Of a stretch of DNA of 64,000 nt, positions 1-10,249 are shown piece after piece (positions within the stretch are counted from its first letter, which is position 1; each line of letters opens with the position of its first letter). This stretch comes from an uncultured Acidimicrobiia bacterium (GTDB lineage: Bacteria > Actinomycetota > Acidimicrobiia > Acidimicrobiales > AC-14). The stretch spans positions 64,001 through 128,000 of the forward strand of contig CAWIIV010000014.1 of the NCBI GenBank assembly GCA_963836205.1. The letters are read 5' to 3'. A program made the position numbers and the translations under genes. The notes below the pieces were generated by a model. It was not told where the DNA came from, ran no database searches, and saw only the letters and a program-made list of their open reading frames with translations.

Positions 1-44
1 AGCGGCCGCTCCGGCTGCCTGATCCACTCCTCTTCCCAGTGTCC

Positions 45-71
45 TGTCACATGCGGGGTGCGGGCGGTGTC
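45..71 (+). promoter_or_regulatory. ECF41/SigJ-type promoter (TGTCACA-N16-TGTC)
   Basis: TGTCACA at 45-51, 16-nt spacer, TGTC at 68-71. It matches the known ECF41 consensus (TGTCACA-N16-CGTC) and sits directly upstream of a CMD-ECF41 operon. Confidence 0.8.
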
Positions 72-104
72 TTCATGTCGATCCCATCGACAGGAGGAGG
101 ACGC

Positions 105-695
105 ATGTCCAGCACGACACGGATTCCCAAGGCGGAGATCACCGGCTTGTACGGGTACCTCTTGAAGCGATTCACCCGGAAGCTGCTCGGTGACGTCCCC
201 GAGCCGGCCGAGGTGATGTGGCACAACCGACGGGTGCTCACCAGCCTCACCGGTCTCGGCCGCAAGGCCCAGAAGTGGGACCAGCTCGATCCCAACCTGA
301 AGTCGTTCGCCCACATGACGGTCGCCTCGCTGGTCGGCTGCTCGTGGTGCCTCGACTTGAACTACTTCCACACCCACAACGAGGGGCTCGACGAGGCCAA
401 GGCCAGCGAGGTGCCCCGGTGGCGCGAGTCGACGGTGTTCACGACGCTGGAGCGTGACGTCATGGAGTACGCCGAGGCGATGAGCGAGACGCCCCCGCGG
501 GTCACCGACGAGCTGTCCGCCCGGCTGCTCGAGCAGCTCGGTGCGCCGGCCATGGTGGAGCTCACCGCCTCGGTCGCGTTTGCCAACATGTCCACGAGGT
601 GCAACACGGCGCTGGGGATCGAGGCCCAAGGGTTCTCCAAGGCGTGCACGATGCCGTTGGCGCAACCCGCCGCGGGGTACGCGACCTCGGTATGA
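105..695 (+). CDS. Carboxymuconolactone decarboxylase/AhpD-family protein
   Basis: AGGAGG SD then ATG at 105; CxxC motif (GCSWCLD); typical ECF41 partner gene. Confidence 0.85.
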   Translation: MSSTTRIPKAEITGLYGYLLKRFTRKLLGDVPEPAEVMWHNRRVLTSLTGLGRKAQKWDQLDPNLKSFAHMTVASLVGCSWCLDLNYFHTHNEGLDEAKASEVPRWRESTVFTTLERDVMEYAEAMSETPPRVTDELSARLLEQLGAPAMVELTASVAFANMSTRCNTALGIEAQGFSKACTMPLAQPAAGYATSV

Positions 696-1562
696 GCGAG
701 GATGCGTTCGCGCGCCACCGCAGCCTGCTGTTCACCGTCGCCTACGAGATGCTCGGCTCCGCCTCCGACGCCGAGGACGTCGTCCAGGAGACGTGGCTGC
801 GGTGGGCCGACGTCGACTTCGCTACGGTGCGCGATCCGCGGGCCTACCTGGTCCGCATCGTCACCCGGCAGGCGCTGAACCGATTGCGGACCCTGGCCCG
901 ACGGCGCGAGGACTACGTCGGCGAATGGCTGCCGGAGCCGCTGCTGACGGGCCCCGAGGTCACCGCCGACATCGAGCTGGCCGAGAGCCTCTCGATGGCG
1001 ATGCTCACCGTGCTCGAGACCCTCGGTCCGGCGGAGCGGGCCGTGTTCGTACTGCGCGAGGTGTTCGAGACCCCCTACGACGAGATCGCAGAGGCGGTCG
1101 GCAAGTCACCCGCCGCCGTCCGCCAGATCGCCCATCGGGCGCGCGACCACGTCGCCGCTCGGCGGCCGCGGATTCCGGTCGGCACGACGGAGCAGGCCGG
1201 AGGCCGTGGATCGGTTCCTCGCCGCCGTCCGAGACGGCGACCTGCAAGGCCTCCTCGACGTCCTCGCCCCCGACGTCGTCGCCGTGGCCGACGGCGGAGG
1301 CTTGGCCGCCGCTGCTCGTCGCCCGATCCGGGGTGCGGAACGGGTGGCCGCCTTCCTGATCGGCGCGGCCCACTCACTGGACTTCGAGGCGACGCCCGTG
1401 TGGCTCAACGGATCACCGGGCATCCTGATCGACATCGGGGGCCAGGTCGACACCGCGGTGAGCCTCGCCGTCGAGAACGGTCGGATCACACGCATCTACG
1501 CCATCCGCAACCCCCACAAGCTGGCCCGACTCGACGGGAGCGCCACGCTCACACGGACCTGA
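692..1562 (+). CDS. sigJ: ECF41 (SigJ-like) sigma factor with C-terminal SnoaL-like domain; apparent frameshift near 1195-1206
   Basis: ATGA overlap with the CMD stop; DAEDVVQETW, YVGEWLPEP and region 4 motifs. The DGGG and RNPHKL C-terminal motifs continue in a different frame (ORF 1206-1562). Confidence 0.85.
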
Positions 1563-1834
1563 CCTGAGATTCCCGTTGGTCGGTCGGAGGTCGGCGTCCC
1601 CCTACGCCGTCCAGGTTCTGGACCCTGATCAGCGGTTATGCCCGCGTGGGCGCGCCCTCGGCCCATGCCGCGGGGCCCTTGCCGCGAGGCGATCGACAAC
1701 GCGCCCAGAGCGTCGTTCCTGCTCGTGCTTCAGGACTCGGCAGGCGGTTGACATCGAAGCGCGGGACCGGCACCAGCGTTCGGCGGGCACCTGGGGAGCC
1801 CCGCGCCGACGAGCCCTCGAAGTACCCTTGGGGG

Positions 1835-2020
1835 GTGGCTGACGCGCCGAGGCTGATCACCGCAGCGGAACTCGACGAGATGTCGCCGGACGAGAGAGCG
1901 CGAATCGTGCGCGAGCACATCGTGACCAATCTCGACCATCTCCCCGACGACTTCCGTCGCCGCATCGAGGCCACCGCCGGCCGGTTGGCCGAGCAGCTCG
2001 ATCGTCCCGCCGTCGATTGA
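1835..2020 (+). CDS. Small (61 aa) helical protein, candidate antitoxin
   Basis: TACCCT -10 six nt before GTG (leaderless pattern); charged helical ORF; TTGA overlap with the next ORF. Confidence 0.55.
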   Translation: MADAPRLITAAELDEMSPDERARIVREHIVTNLDHLPDDFRRRIEATAGRLAEQLDRPAVD

Positions 2021-2322
2021 GCAAACGGCGGCAGGTCCGCGTCTCGCCCTCCTTCTTCGACCGGCTCGACGAGCTACTTCCCGCTGAACGAAGTGCTTCC
2101 GGAGCACCTTCGACTGCGGACTTCCTCCTCCACGAGATCCCGCCACTCATCGACGTGCTCGCAGTGGACCATGAAGTGGCCACGCTGCAGGTCGAGGGCA
2201 TCCCTGGTGTCCGCGTGTTGATCGCCACTGGCGTTCTTGTCCGCCAACTGGCGCTCTTCACGCTCGTCGCCCCCGATGGGGCGATCGAGATCATCTATCT
2301 CGAGATCGACGACAGCACATAG
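2017..2322 (+). CDS. 101-aa protein with RelE/ParE-like secondary-structure pattern, candidate toxin
   Basis: Coupled to the upstream small ORF; beta-alpha-alpha-beta-beta-beta pattern (VRVS / FFDRLDELL / VRVLIA / LALFTLV / IEIIYLEI). Confidence 0.5.
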   Translation: MSKRRQVRVSPSFFDRLDELLPAERSASGAPSTADFLLHEIPPLIDVLAVDHEVATLQVEGIPGVRVLIATGVLVRQLALFTLVAPDGAIEIIYLEIDDST

Positions 2323-2416
2323 ACGGCCAATCCGAAGGCGGAGCGGAGTGCGACAGGCACTTCCGCTTGGCCGACGGCCGCGACGAACAACGGGCACGTC
2401 GGTGCCGGGCGTCGGG

Positions 2417-3325
2417 TCAGCCGAGATCGGTGGCCAGGCGGATGAAGGCGGGGCCGATGATGATGATGAACAGCGTCGGCATGATGCAGAACACGAGTGG
2501 GAAGATGACCTTGACGGGGAGCTTCATGGCTCGTTCCTCGGCCCGGAAGCGGCGCTTCTCCCGCTGCTCGGCGGATTGGGCCCGGAGCGTCTTCGAGATC
2601 GGGACGCCGTAGGCCTCGGCCTGGACCACGGCGTGGACGAACTGGCGGAGTTCGGGCACGTCGGTCCGGGCCAGCATGTTCGCCAACGCCTCGGTCCGGG
2701 GGACGCCGACCCGGAAGTCCTGCAGGAGCCGGCTGAGCTCGGCCGCGAGGGGGCCGCGGCCCGCTTTCGCGGAACGGGCCAGGGCCGCGTCGAAGCCCAG
2801 ACCGGCCTCCACGCAGATCGTGAGCTGGTCGAGCGTGTCGGGCAGCTCGGTGGCGATGCGGAGTTGGCGGGCGGCCGCCAGCCGGGAGATGACCACGTCG
2901 GGACCGAGGTAGCCGAAGATGCCGGCCGACACCGCGGCCAGGACGTGGGTCGCCGACGGGTCCCGCAACACCCAGACAACGCCGGCCGCCAGCAGCGGGC
3001 CGCCCAGGCCCAGCTTGATGACGAGCACCCGCTCGACGTGCCACTGCTTGCCCGCGGTCTGGATGCTCCGGTCGAGGCTGGCGACCATGCGCGACGGGCT
3101 CAGCGCCCGCGCCGGGCGGCCGACGAAGTGCATGAGCGGCCGGAGGATCCGCTCCGCCCACGACTGGGAGAGCACCATCCCTCGCAGGTCGGTCCCCGTC
3201 GCCAGGCCGGCCGTGAGGTTGCGGCTGACGGGACGGCGCGGCACCCGGTCGGCGGCGAGGACGAACCACAGGATCGGCAGCGACACAGCGAAGGCGACGA
3301 CTGCGGCGAAGACGTACAGGGGCAC
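2417..3325 (-). CDS. tadC: Tad pilus platform protein TadC (T2SS F family)
   Basis: LPDTLDQLTICVEAGLGFDAAL and AEERAMKLPVKVIFPL motifs; GAGGAG SD upstream of GTG. Confidence 0.92.
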   Translation of the reverse strand: MPLYVFAAVVAFAVSLPILWFVLAADRVPRRPVSRNLTAGLATGTDLRGMVLSQSWAERILRPLMHFVGRPARALSPSRMVASLDRSIQTAGKQWHVERVLVIKLGLGGPLLAAGVVWVLRDPSATHVLAAVSAGIFGYLGPDVVISRLAAARQLRIATELPDTLDQLTICVEAGLGFDAALARSAKAGRGPLAAELSRLLQDFRVGVPRTEALANMLARTDVPELRQFVHAVVQAEAYGVPISKTLRAQSAEQREKRRFRAEERAMKLPVKVIFPLVFCIMPTLFIIIIGPAFIRLATDLG

Positions 3326-3337
3326 TGGTCGCTCCTC

Positions 3338-3435
3338 TCAGAAGACGGGCATGGTCAGAAGGCGGGCATGGTCAGAAGGCGGGCATGGTCAGAAGGCGGG
3401 CATGGTCAGAAGGCGGGCATGGTCAGAAGACGGGC
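3338..3435. repeat. 17-bp tandem repeat (TCAGAAG[G/A]CGGGCATGG x5, plus a partial copy that is the tadB 3' end)
   Basis: Units start at 3338, 3355, 3372, 3389, 3406 and 3423 (partial). On the minus strand each unit reads CC-ATG-CCC-GYC-TTC-TGA. Confidence 0.97.
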
Positions 3436-4565
3436 TTGACGATCTTGCGCAGCCAGATTCCGCCCACGACCATGAGGACGGCCCCCGCCCCCACCAGGAC
3501 GTGGCCGGTTCCGGTGGTGAACAGCGGCTGCATGAAGTGCGGGTTGGTCGCCGCCACCATGCCCCCGAGGCCGAACGGCAGCACCATCAGCACCCAGGCC
3601 GATAGCCGGCCCTCGGCGCTGAGGGCCGACACCTGGCGCCGCACCCGGGTGCGGTCGCGGATGGTCTCCCGGACGGTGTCGAGGATCTCGGCCAGGTCGC
3701 CACCGACCTCCCGCTGGATCTCGATCGCCTGAACGACCCAGCTGAAGTCCTCGCTCCGGGCCCGGCCGGCGAGGGCCGAGAGCGACTCGACGAAGTCGCG
3801 GCCGAGCCGGGTCTCGATGGTGACCCGCTGGAACTCCTCCGACGTCGGCGACTCGGACTCCTTGGCCACCGTGTCGACCGCCTGGGCCAGCCCGTGGCCG
3901 GCCCGCAGGCTGCCGGCCATGAGCTCCAGGGTGTCCGCCAGCTGGGCGTCGAACTTCGACCGCCGCCGGCGGGCCAGCTGTTCGAGCACGACGCGCGCCA
4001 CCGCGGGGCTGGTGGCGGCGAGGAGGAGGCCGACGATAGCTCCCCCGAGGGCCCACCCGGCGGCCAGCAGGGCGAGGCCGCCGCTGGCCGTGGCCACGAA
4101 CAGCTCGCCGGGCCGGATGTCGAGACCGGCCGCCTCCAGTTGCGCACCGACCCGGGCATGGCCGCCACCCCGGCGCAGGACGGTCTCGCCGAACGCCTCC
4201 GCTCGCACCGCGGCACCGGACAGGTCGAGCCGGCGGCGGGCGAGGCCCCGGGCCCGGGGGGCCCAGACCGACGTGGTGGCCAGGGTGAGGGCGAAGAGGG
4301 AGATGGCGCACAGCGCCACGCCCATGACGAACGCCCACGAGCCGAGCTCCAACTGCCCGTCGTCGGCCGCGGCAGGGGGCGGGGCCGGTTGGGCGGCGGA
4401 CGCACCGGCGGCGACGACGCCCGCCGCCGACACCCGGGGGGACTCCTCGGCCGCGGCTGGGGCCGCGGCCGGTTGGGCGGCGGACGCACCGGCGGCCGCC
4501 CGCAGCGGGACGACCACCGCCACCGCGGCCAGCACGATCGCGGCCAGGCGGGCCCGGGTCCTCAC
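3423..4565 (-). CDS. tadB: Tad pilus platform protein TadB with signal-peptide-like, Ala/Pro-rich N-terminus
   Basis: [31 protein letters not shown] and [12 protein letters not shown] motifs. Confidence 0.92.
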   Translation of the reverse strand: MRTRARLAAIVLAAVAVVVPLRAAAGASAAQPAAAPAAAEESPRVSAAGVVAAGASAAQPAPPPAAADDGQLELGSWAFVMGVALCAISLFALTLATTSVWAPRARGLARRRLDLSGAAVRAEAFGETVLRRGGGHARVGAQLEAAGLDIRPGELFVATASGGLALLAAGWALGGAIVGLLLAATSPAVARVVLEQLARRRRSKFDAQLADTLELMAGSLRAGHGLAQAVDTVAKESESPTSEEFQRVTIETRLGRDFVESLSALAGRARSEDFSWVVQAIEIQREVGGDLAEILDTVRETIRDRTRVRRQVSALSAEGRLSAWVLMVLPFGLGGMVAATNPHFMQPLFTTGTGHVLVGAGAVLMVVGGIWLRKIVKPVF

Positions 4566-5971
4566 CGCCGGACCGCCCGGACGGGCTCGGGGTCGGCCAG
4601 GAGGCGGGCGGGCACCGGCAGGCCGATGTCCTTGAGGTGGTCGGCGAAGGCGGGGCGCAGGCCGGTGGGGACGATCGACGAGCGGATCAGCCCGTCCTCG
4701 CCGATGCCTTCATTCCGGATGGTGAAGATGTCCTGGATGGTGATCACGCCGGACTCCATGCCGGTGACCTCGGTGAGGTGGGTCACCCGGCGGGTTCCGT
4801 CCCGCAACCGGGTCAGGTGGACGACGAGGTGGATGGCGGAGGCGATCTGCTCCCTGATGGCCCGGGACGGCAGGTCGATCCCGGCCATGAGGACCATCGT
4901 CTCCAGCCGGGCCATGGCGTCCCTCGGGGTGTTGGCGTGGAGGGTCGACATCGACCCCTCGTGGCCGGTGTTCATCGCCTGGAGCATGTCGAGGGCCTCG
5001 GCGCCGCGGACCTCACCCACCACGATGCGGTCGGGGCGCATCCGCAGGGCGTTGCGGACCAGGTCGCGGATGGTGACCTCGCCCCGGTTCTCGAGATTGG
5101 GGGGCCGGCCCTCCAGCCGGACGAGGTGGTCCTGGTGAAGCTGGAGCTCGGCCGAGTCCTCGATGGTGACGATGCGCTCGTCCTCCGGGATGAACGACGA
5201 CAGCACGTTGAGCAGGGTGGTCTTGCCCGTCCCGGTACCACCGCTGACCAGGATGTTGAGCCGGCCCAGCACACACAGGGAGAGGAGCTCGGCCACCGGC
5301 GGGGTGAACGTCCGCAGCCGGATGAGGTCGTCGACCACGTAGGGCTCGGCCGCGAACTTGCGGATGGTGACGGTGGGGCCGTCGAGGGCGAGCGGCGGGA
5401 GCACCGCGTTGACCCGGCTTCCGTCGGGCAGCCGGGCGTCGACCATCGGTGAGGACTCGTCGACCCGCCGGCCGACCTGGCCGACGATGCGCTCGATGAC
5501 CCGCCGGAGGTGGTCGTCGAACAGGAACCGGGCCGTGGTGGCGTACAGCCGGCCCGCCCGCTCGACGTAGATCGGCCGGGTGCCGGTGACCATGATCTCG
5601 CTCACACCGGGATCGGACAGGAACTGCTCCAGGGGTCCGTAGCCGAGCACGTCCTCGGTGATCTCGTCGAGGAGGCGGGCCCGCTCGGCGGACGAGAGGG
5701 GGGCGGGGTCGGCGAGGAGCACCGACGTGAGCTCCTCCTTCACCAGGCGGTGGAGCTGGTCCTCGGTGAGGTCGGCGCGGAACAGCCGCCCCCCGAGGCG
5801 GGTGTAGAGCGCCTCCTGGGCCCGCCGCTTGATGGCGAGGAGGGGGTCGACCGCCGACCGGGGGTCGGTGCCGCCGACGCGGCTGACGGCCAGGACGGGC
5901 GGCAGCTCGTCCGGTCCGCGCTCCGGGGGGAGGATGGCGCCCACCTGCTTCAGCCGCTCGTTCAGCTTCAT
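4562..5971 (-). CDS. tadA: Tad/Flp pilus assembly ATPase CpaF/TadA
   Basis: Walker [42 protein letters not shown]; ATG at 5971 overlaps the cpaE stop. Confidence 0.96.
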   Translation of the reverse strand: MKLNERLKQVGAILPPERGPDELPPVLAVSRVGGTDPRSAVDPLLAIKRRAQEALYTRLGGRLFRADLTEDQLHRLVKEELTSVLLADPAPLSSAERARLLDEITEDVLGYGPLEQFLSDPGVSEIMVTGTRPIYVERAGRLYATTARFLFDDHLRRVIERIVGQVGRRVDESSPMVDARLPDGSRVNAVLPPLALDGPTVTIRKFAAEPYVVDDLIRLRTFTPPVAELLSLCVLGRLNILVSGGTGTGKTTLLNVLSSFIPEDERIVTIEDSAELQLHQDHLVRLEGRPPNLENRGEVTIRDLVRNALRMRPDRIVVGEVRGAEALDMLQAMNTGHEGSMSTLHANTPRDAMARLETMVLMAGIDLPSRAIREQIASAIHLVVHLTRLRDGTRRVTHLTEVTGMESGVITIQDIFTIRNEGIGEDGLIRSSIVPTGLRPAFADHLKDIGLPVPARLLADPEPVRAVRR

Positions 5972-7215
5972 CTGCGGTCCTTTCGGGCGAGGCGTCGGGC
6001 GCCGGACTCGGGCGTGGGCAGGGGGGCGAACCGCTGGCCGAGCTCGGCGAAGGCGCGCGCCGCCGCCGACCGGGAATCGGAGTCGACGACCGGCGAGCCC
6101 TGGTTGATGGAGATCTGGATCGATCGCGACGTGGGGACGGACGTGCCGATGGGCATCCCGAGGGTCGCCTCGATGTCGCGCGCCGTCAGCCCGACCCGGT
6201 CGTCGGAGTGGTTCAGGACCAGGTGCCGGCGAGGTTTGGTCATGCCCAGCAGGTCGAGGACGTCGATCGCCTTGCGAAGGCCACGGACGCTCGGGACGTC
6301 GTTCATGCACACCAACACCAGGTCGGTCGAGCGCTCGGCGGCCGAAAGGGTGAACTCGTCGAGCCCGGCGGAGGTGTCGGCCACCACGTAGTCGAACTCG
6401 GACGCCAGCAGGTCGAGGATGTGGTCGGCGGTCGTCGCCGCGATCTCGTCCGCCTCGGCCGGGAAGTGCGGTCCCACCAAGGCGTACACGCCCGAGGAGT
6501 GCCGCTCGAGGAGGACCTTGAGGTTGGTGGCATCGAGGTGGGCCCCGGCCCGGGCGGCGTCGGCGATGGTCGACTGCGGTCCGATCCCGAGGCCGGTGGC
6601 GACGTCGCCGAACTGCAAATCGAGGTCGACGAGCGCGACCTTCCCGGTACCGGCCCTCCCGGGGCCGGCCTTGCCGGGGCCGAGGGCGGCCAGGGTGACG
6701 GCCAGGTTGATCGCCACCGTCGTCTTCCCGCAACCCCCCTTGGGCGACAGCACGGTGATCACCCGGCCGCGGCGCGATCCGTCGTGGCGGACCTCGGACG
6801 GCGCCTGGGTACGGCGGCGGTCAGCGCTTCCCCTCGCCCGGCCGAGCACCTCCCGGATCTCGTCGTCGTCGGCCCCCACCGAGATGATCTCCCGGACCCC
6901 GGCCTGGAGGGCCTGGGCCCAGAGGTGGGGCGTCGGCCGGGCCACCAGGACCACGCCGATCTCGGGCCGAAGGACGGCGAACGCCTCGGCCAGGGCCAGC
7001 CCCACCACGGCTGGGACTCCCGGCCCGATCACGACCAGGTCGGGACCGCAGCGGGCGATCTCGGCGAGCGAGGTCTCCGGGTCGGCCCAGGCCAGTTGGT
7101 CGTCCCAGCACCGCTTCGCCTCGAGCTCGCCGTCGAAGGCCCGCTTGACCTGGAGTTCGAACGTGGTGTCGGGCGTGACCAGGACGGTTCCGCCCACTGA
7201 TTCACCGCCGGTCAC
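5968..7215 (-). CDS. cpaE: CpaE/TadZ-like pilus localisation ATPase (degenerate receiver + MinD/ParA domain)
   Basis: SPKGGCGKTT deviant Walker A, VDLDLQFGD, N-terminal pseudo-receiver. Confidence 0.9.
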   Translation of the reverse strand: MTGGESVGGTVLVTPDTTFELQVKRAFDGELEAKRCWDDQLAWADPETSLAEIARCGPDLVVIGPGVPAVVGLALAEAFAVLRPEIGVVLVARPTPHLWAQALQAGVREIISVGADDDEIREVLGRARGSADRRRTQAPSEVRHDGSRRGRVITVLSPKGGCGKTTVAINLAVTLAALGPGKAGPGRAGTGKVALVDLDLQFGDVATGLGIGPQSTIADAARAGAHLDATNLKVLLERHSSGVYALVGPHFPAEADEIAATTADHILDLLASEFDYVVADTSAGLDEFTLSAAERSTDLVLVCMNDVPSVRGLRKAIDVLDLLGMTKPRRHLVLNHSDDRVGLTARDIEATLGMPIGTSVPTSRSIQISINQGSPVVDSDSRSAAARAFAELGQRFAPLPTPESGARRLARKDRR

Positions 7216-7919
7216 AAGTTCACCGCCGCCTTGGTGACCACCTGGGTACCGCCCTCACCGGAGGCCACCGGCTGCCAGGCCAGCCACAGCCGGCCGTGCT
7301 CGGCTCCGAACACGACCTTCTCCACCGACGGCGCGTCGAGGGCGAGGGTGACGAAGAGGTTGCCGACGGGCGAGGCGTCGGCCGACGTGGTCTGGAGGGA
7401 GATGCCGTCGGCGTCGCGGACGTCGGACACCAGCACCTTGTGGAGGATGATGTGGGTGGTCTCCGGCTCGTCGAAGGAGACCAGGACGGCGACGGTGTCA
7501 CCCTTGCGCACCTGCCCGCCCACCGACCGGACCGTTTCCATGGTGACCGTCACCTGGAGCATGCCCTCGGGCACGCCGGCCTGCTTCACCTCGGACGGCG
7601 ACGCGAACCGGCCCCGGACGAGCTGCTCGCCGGGGAGCAGGTCGACGACCGCGACCTGGCCCGCGAGGGGACCGGTGCTGGCCAGGGCACCGTCCGCCAC
7701 CACCCTCGTCGGCATCTTCTCGACCCGGACGAGGGCCCCGATCTCCTCCGCCTTGGTGCCCATGGGGATCGTCTCCGCGACCACCAGCACGTCCGCCAGC
7801 TCCTGGCCGCTGGTGGCCCGGTCGTCGGCGCCCCGGACGTAGACCACCAGGAGGGTGGCTCCGATGGCCGCCAGCACGACCGACGTCACGATCCCGATGA
7901 GCTTCTGGCGCTTGATCAT
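7212..7919 (-). CDS. cpaB: Flp pilus assembly protein CpaB/RcpC (SAF domain)
   Basis: N-terminal TM, VLVVAETIPMGT SAF motif, VGGQVRKGDTVAVLVS. Confidence 0.9.
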   Translation of the reverse strand: MIKRQKLIGIVTSVVLAAIGATLLVVYVRGADDRATSGQELADVLVVAETIPMGTKAEEIGALVRVEKMPTRVVADGALASTGPLAGQVAVVDLLPGEQLVRGRFASPSEVKQAGVPEGMLQVTVTMETVRSVGGQVRKGDTVAVLVSFDEPETTHIILHKVLVSDVRDADGISLQTTSADASPVGNLFVTLALDAPSVEKVVFGAEHGRLWLAWQPVASGEGGTQVVTKAAVNL

Positions 7920-8017
7920 GGTCTTGGGCTCCTGGTTGGCGGCGGGCGCGGGGACGAAGGAGCCCGGCCGACGCCAGCGTTCGGGCACGGGTCCGACACG
8001 GTTCGCACTGTCCGATC

Positions 8018-8061
8018 CTCGGAAGATCGCCCGGCCGCCCCATCATCAGAATTGATGAATC
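8018..8061 (-). promoter_or_regulatory. Putative activator site (CATCA-N4-TGATG) plus TCCGAG -10-like element upstream of the cpaB operon
   Basis: 8041-8061 is 17/21 identical to 10954-10974. Both are followed on the minus strand by exactly 17 nt and then TCCGA. Confidence 0.65.
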
Positions 8062-8093
8062 GGGGCCGGTCACGGCACACGCCCGACGACGTG

Positions 8094-9656
8094 TCAGCCG
8101 ACGAGGTGGACCGGGTCACCGACGATGTTCACCGACCAGGTGGTGCGGTCGGTGGAGGTGGATCCCACCGTGTACCGGATCTGCCACCACACCCTCCCCC
8201 CGTACCCGGCGGGGTAGGTCGCGGGCAGCTTGATGCTGAGGGTGATCTTGCGGTCGTTGTACTTCGACGTACCGATCAGGCCGCTGTAGGGCTGGGCGCC
8301 GGTGCCGCTCACGTCGAGAAAGGTGACTCCCGTGCCGGAGCAGACCGAGCCCGACGGTGGGGTGGGGGGGTTGCACAGCGTGCTCCAGTCGAAGGTGGCC
8401 GGGGCCCCGGCCGGCGTCAGCACCTCGATCCTGGACGCACCCTCGCCCGAGTCGAACAGCTGCACCCGCATCGTCTTGCCCGCGTGGACGGCGTCGACCT
8501 GGCTCAGGTAGAAGGTGGCGGTCGAGCCCGCGGCCCCGCCCAGGCTGGCGTAGATCGACATGTCGGAGACGCCGTGGATCTGGGGGCAGCTGGCGGAGTA
8601 GCCGGGACTGCCGGAGATGGTGGTGCACAGCGAGAACGAGCTGCCGACGAAGGCCCGCAGGCCGAAGCCGTTGGAGGCCCGGCTCTCCCCCGTCTGGACC
8701 GACGTCTTCACCCGCAGGTAGTAGGTGCCCGCAGCCGGGCTGGTCCACGTGTGCATGCGGACCCAGGTGTTCTTGAAGGTGGCGTTGTTGGCGGCGGTGA
8801 CCGTGGTGGTGGTCAGCAGCGGGTTGTCCCCGGAGTCGAACGGGGTGTCGTCGGTGTCGTAGACCTCGTAGACCGTGCTCACGACCTGGTTCTCGGGGGC
8901 GAGTGAGGAGGTGAGGTTGAGGTCGGGGCTCGAGCCGACGTTGTCGTAGCCGGCGTCGTAGACCTCGAGCTTGAGCGACGGCTGGGCCGAGGGGACCCGG
9001 ATGGCGTAGAGGTAGCCGTCGGGGTCGTAGTCGGCGGTCTGGGCCGAGCCGTTGTTGCACTGGACCGCGGGCCCGGTGGCGATGGTGTACGACTCGTTCC
9101 GGGCCATCACCAGGTCGCCGCTCTCGTGCCCCGCGCAATACCCGTTCACCGCGGCCCAGAAGTTCTCGTCGTCGGCGGTGCCCGGGTTCAGGTTGCCGGT
9201 GCCGAAGGTGTTCTTGGGGCTGCCCAGGGGCACCTTCGTCACGTACTCGGCGGTGGCGGAGCGGGTGAGCGTCTGGCGGCCCCGAAAGACGCCGGAGAAG
9301 TACCGTGGAGCGTTGGTGTCGGTGATCGACACAGTCAGCCGCTGGAGGTTGGTCTCGTCCTGGGACACGTTCACGGTGATGGTGGAGGTGGGCCTGACCG
9401 CGTTCTGGGCGGCCTCGGCCAGGGCGACAGTGCGGGCCTGCTGGTAGTCCGGCATCCACACCACCCCGGCCAGGGCGGCGGCGTCGGCGGTGCGTTGGAG
9501 GTGGAGGCCGCGCGCGTACCAGCCCCCGACGTCGACGGAGAGGGCGGCAAAGATGATGAGCACGGGCAGGGCCACGGCCAGGATGACGATGACCGCCCCC
9601 TGCTCACCCCGACCGCGACCGCGGGTGGCCCCGACCGTCCTCCCACCCGTCGTCAC
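8094..9656 (-). CDS. tadG: TadG-like pilus-associated protein with large Cys-containing extracellular domain
   Basis: EQGAVIVILAVALPVL prepilin-like N-terminus and LQRTADAAALAG Tad motif. Confidence 0.8.
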   Translation of the reverse strand: MTTGGRTVGATRGRGRGEQGAVIVILAVALPVLIIFAALSVDVGGWYARGLHLQRTADAAALAGVVWMPDYQQARTVALAEAAQNAVRPTSTITVNVSQDETNLQRLTVSITDTNAPRYFSGVFRGRQTLTRSATAEYVTKVPLGSPKNTFGTGNLNPGTADDENFWAAVNGYCAGHESGDLVMARNESYTIATGPAVQCNNGSAQTADYDPDGYLYAIRVPSAQPSLKLEVYDAGYDNVGSSPDLNLTSSLAPENQVVSTVYEVYDTDDTPFDSGDNPLLTTTTVTAANNATFKNTWVRMHTWTSPAAGTYYLRVKTSVQTGESRASNGFGLRAFVGSSFSLCTTISGSPGYSASCPQIHGVSDMSIYASLGGAAGSTATFYLSQVDAVHAGKTMRVQLFDSGEGASRIEVLTPAGAPATFDWSTLCNPPTPPSGSVCSGTGVTFLDVSGTGAQPYSGLIGTSKYNDRKITLSIKLPATYPAGYGGRVWWQIRYTVGSTSTDRTTWSVNIVGDPVHLVG

Positions 9657-10249
9657 GTGTCCCTCGGCTCGAGGCGCATGACGGCCCGGTCGCGAAGGGT
9701 GAGCGTCGGCCCGAAGAACCCGAACGTCTGCGGATGGGTGACCTCCATCCACAGTCCGAGCTGGTCGGTCCCCATCCGCTGGATGTCCTGACGGGTGGTC
9801 GGGCACCAGTAGCGGTCGAGGGCGGCGGCGCCGCAGCCGAACCACGATGCGGGCGCGGAGCCGTCGACGACCTGGGCCAGCTGGGCGCCGGTGTAGACGT
9901 TGCACGACCCGGTCACGCTGTGAGGCGCGGGGCTGGTGCAGGCCGAAGGCACGGCACCGTCGGTCGCCGTCGACTTGTAGACGACGGCCCAGGTGACGTT
10001 GTCCAACCCGATGGGGTTGGCCGCCGACCCCACCCCCAGGAGCAGGTTCTTGTCGGCGGTGGCGGAGGCGCCCTCGCCGCTGCCGACCCGGACCCCCGAC
10101 CGGACCGCGGTCTGCACCGTGAGCTTGTCCTGCCACGCCAAGCCGAACTCGATGACCCCGAACACGAGCACCGCGATGACGGGCAGGGTGAGGGCGAATT
10201 CGGCGATCATCGCCCCCCGCTCGCCCCGGCACCGGCACCTGCGGCTCAC
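9653..10249 (-). CDS. tadE: TadE-family pseudopilin
   Basis: ERGAMIAEFALTLP prepilin motif (G|xxxxE); GTGA overlaps. Confidence 0.88.
   Translation of the reverse strand: MSRRCRCRGERGAMIAEFALTLPVIAVLVFGVIEFGLAWQDKLTVQTAVRSGVRVGSGEGASATADKNLLLGVGSAANPIGLDNVTWAVVYKSTATDGAVPSACTSPAPHSVTGSCNVYTGAQLAQVVDGSAPASWFGCGAAALDRYWCPTTRQDIQRMGTDQLGLWMEVTHPQTFGFFGPTLTLRDRAVMRLEPRDT

Noticed and set aside
3338-3435. CRISPR array
   Set aside because: Units are head-to-tail with no spacers, only 17 bp, and there are no cas genes.
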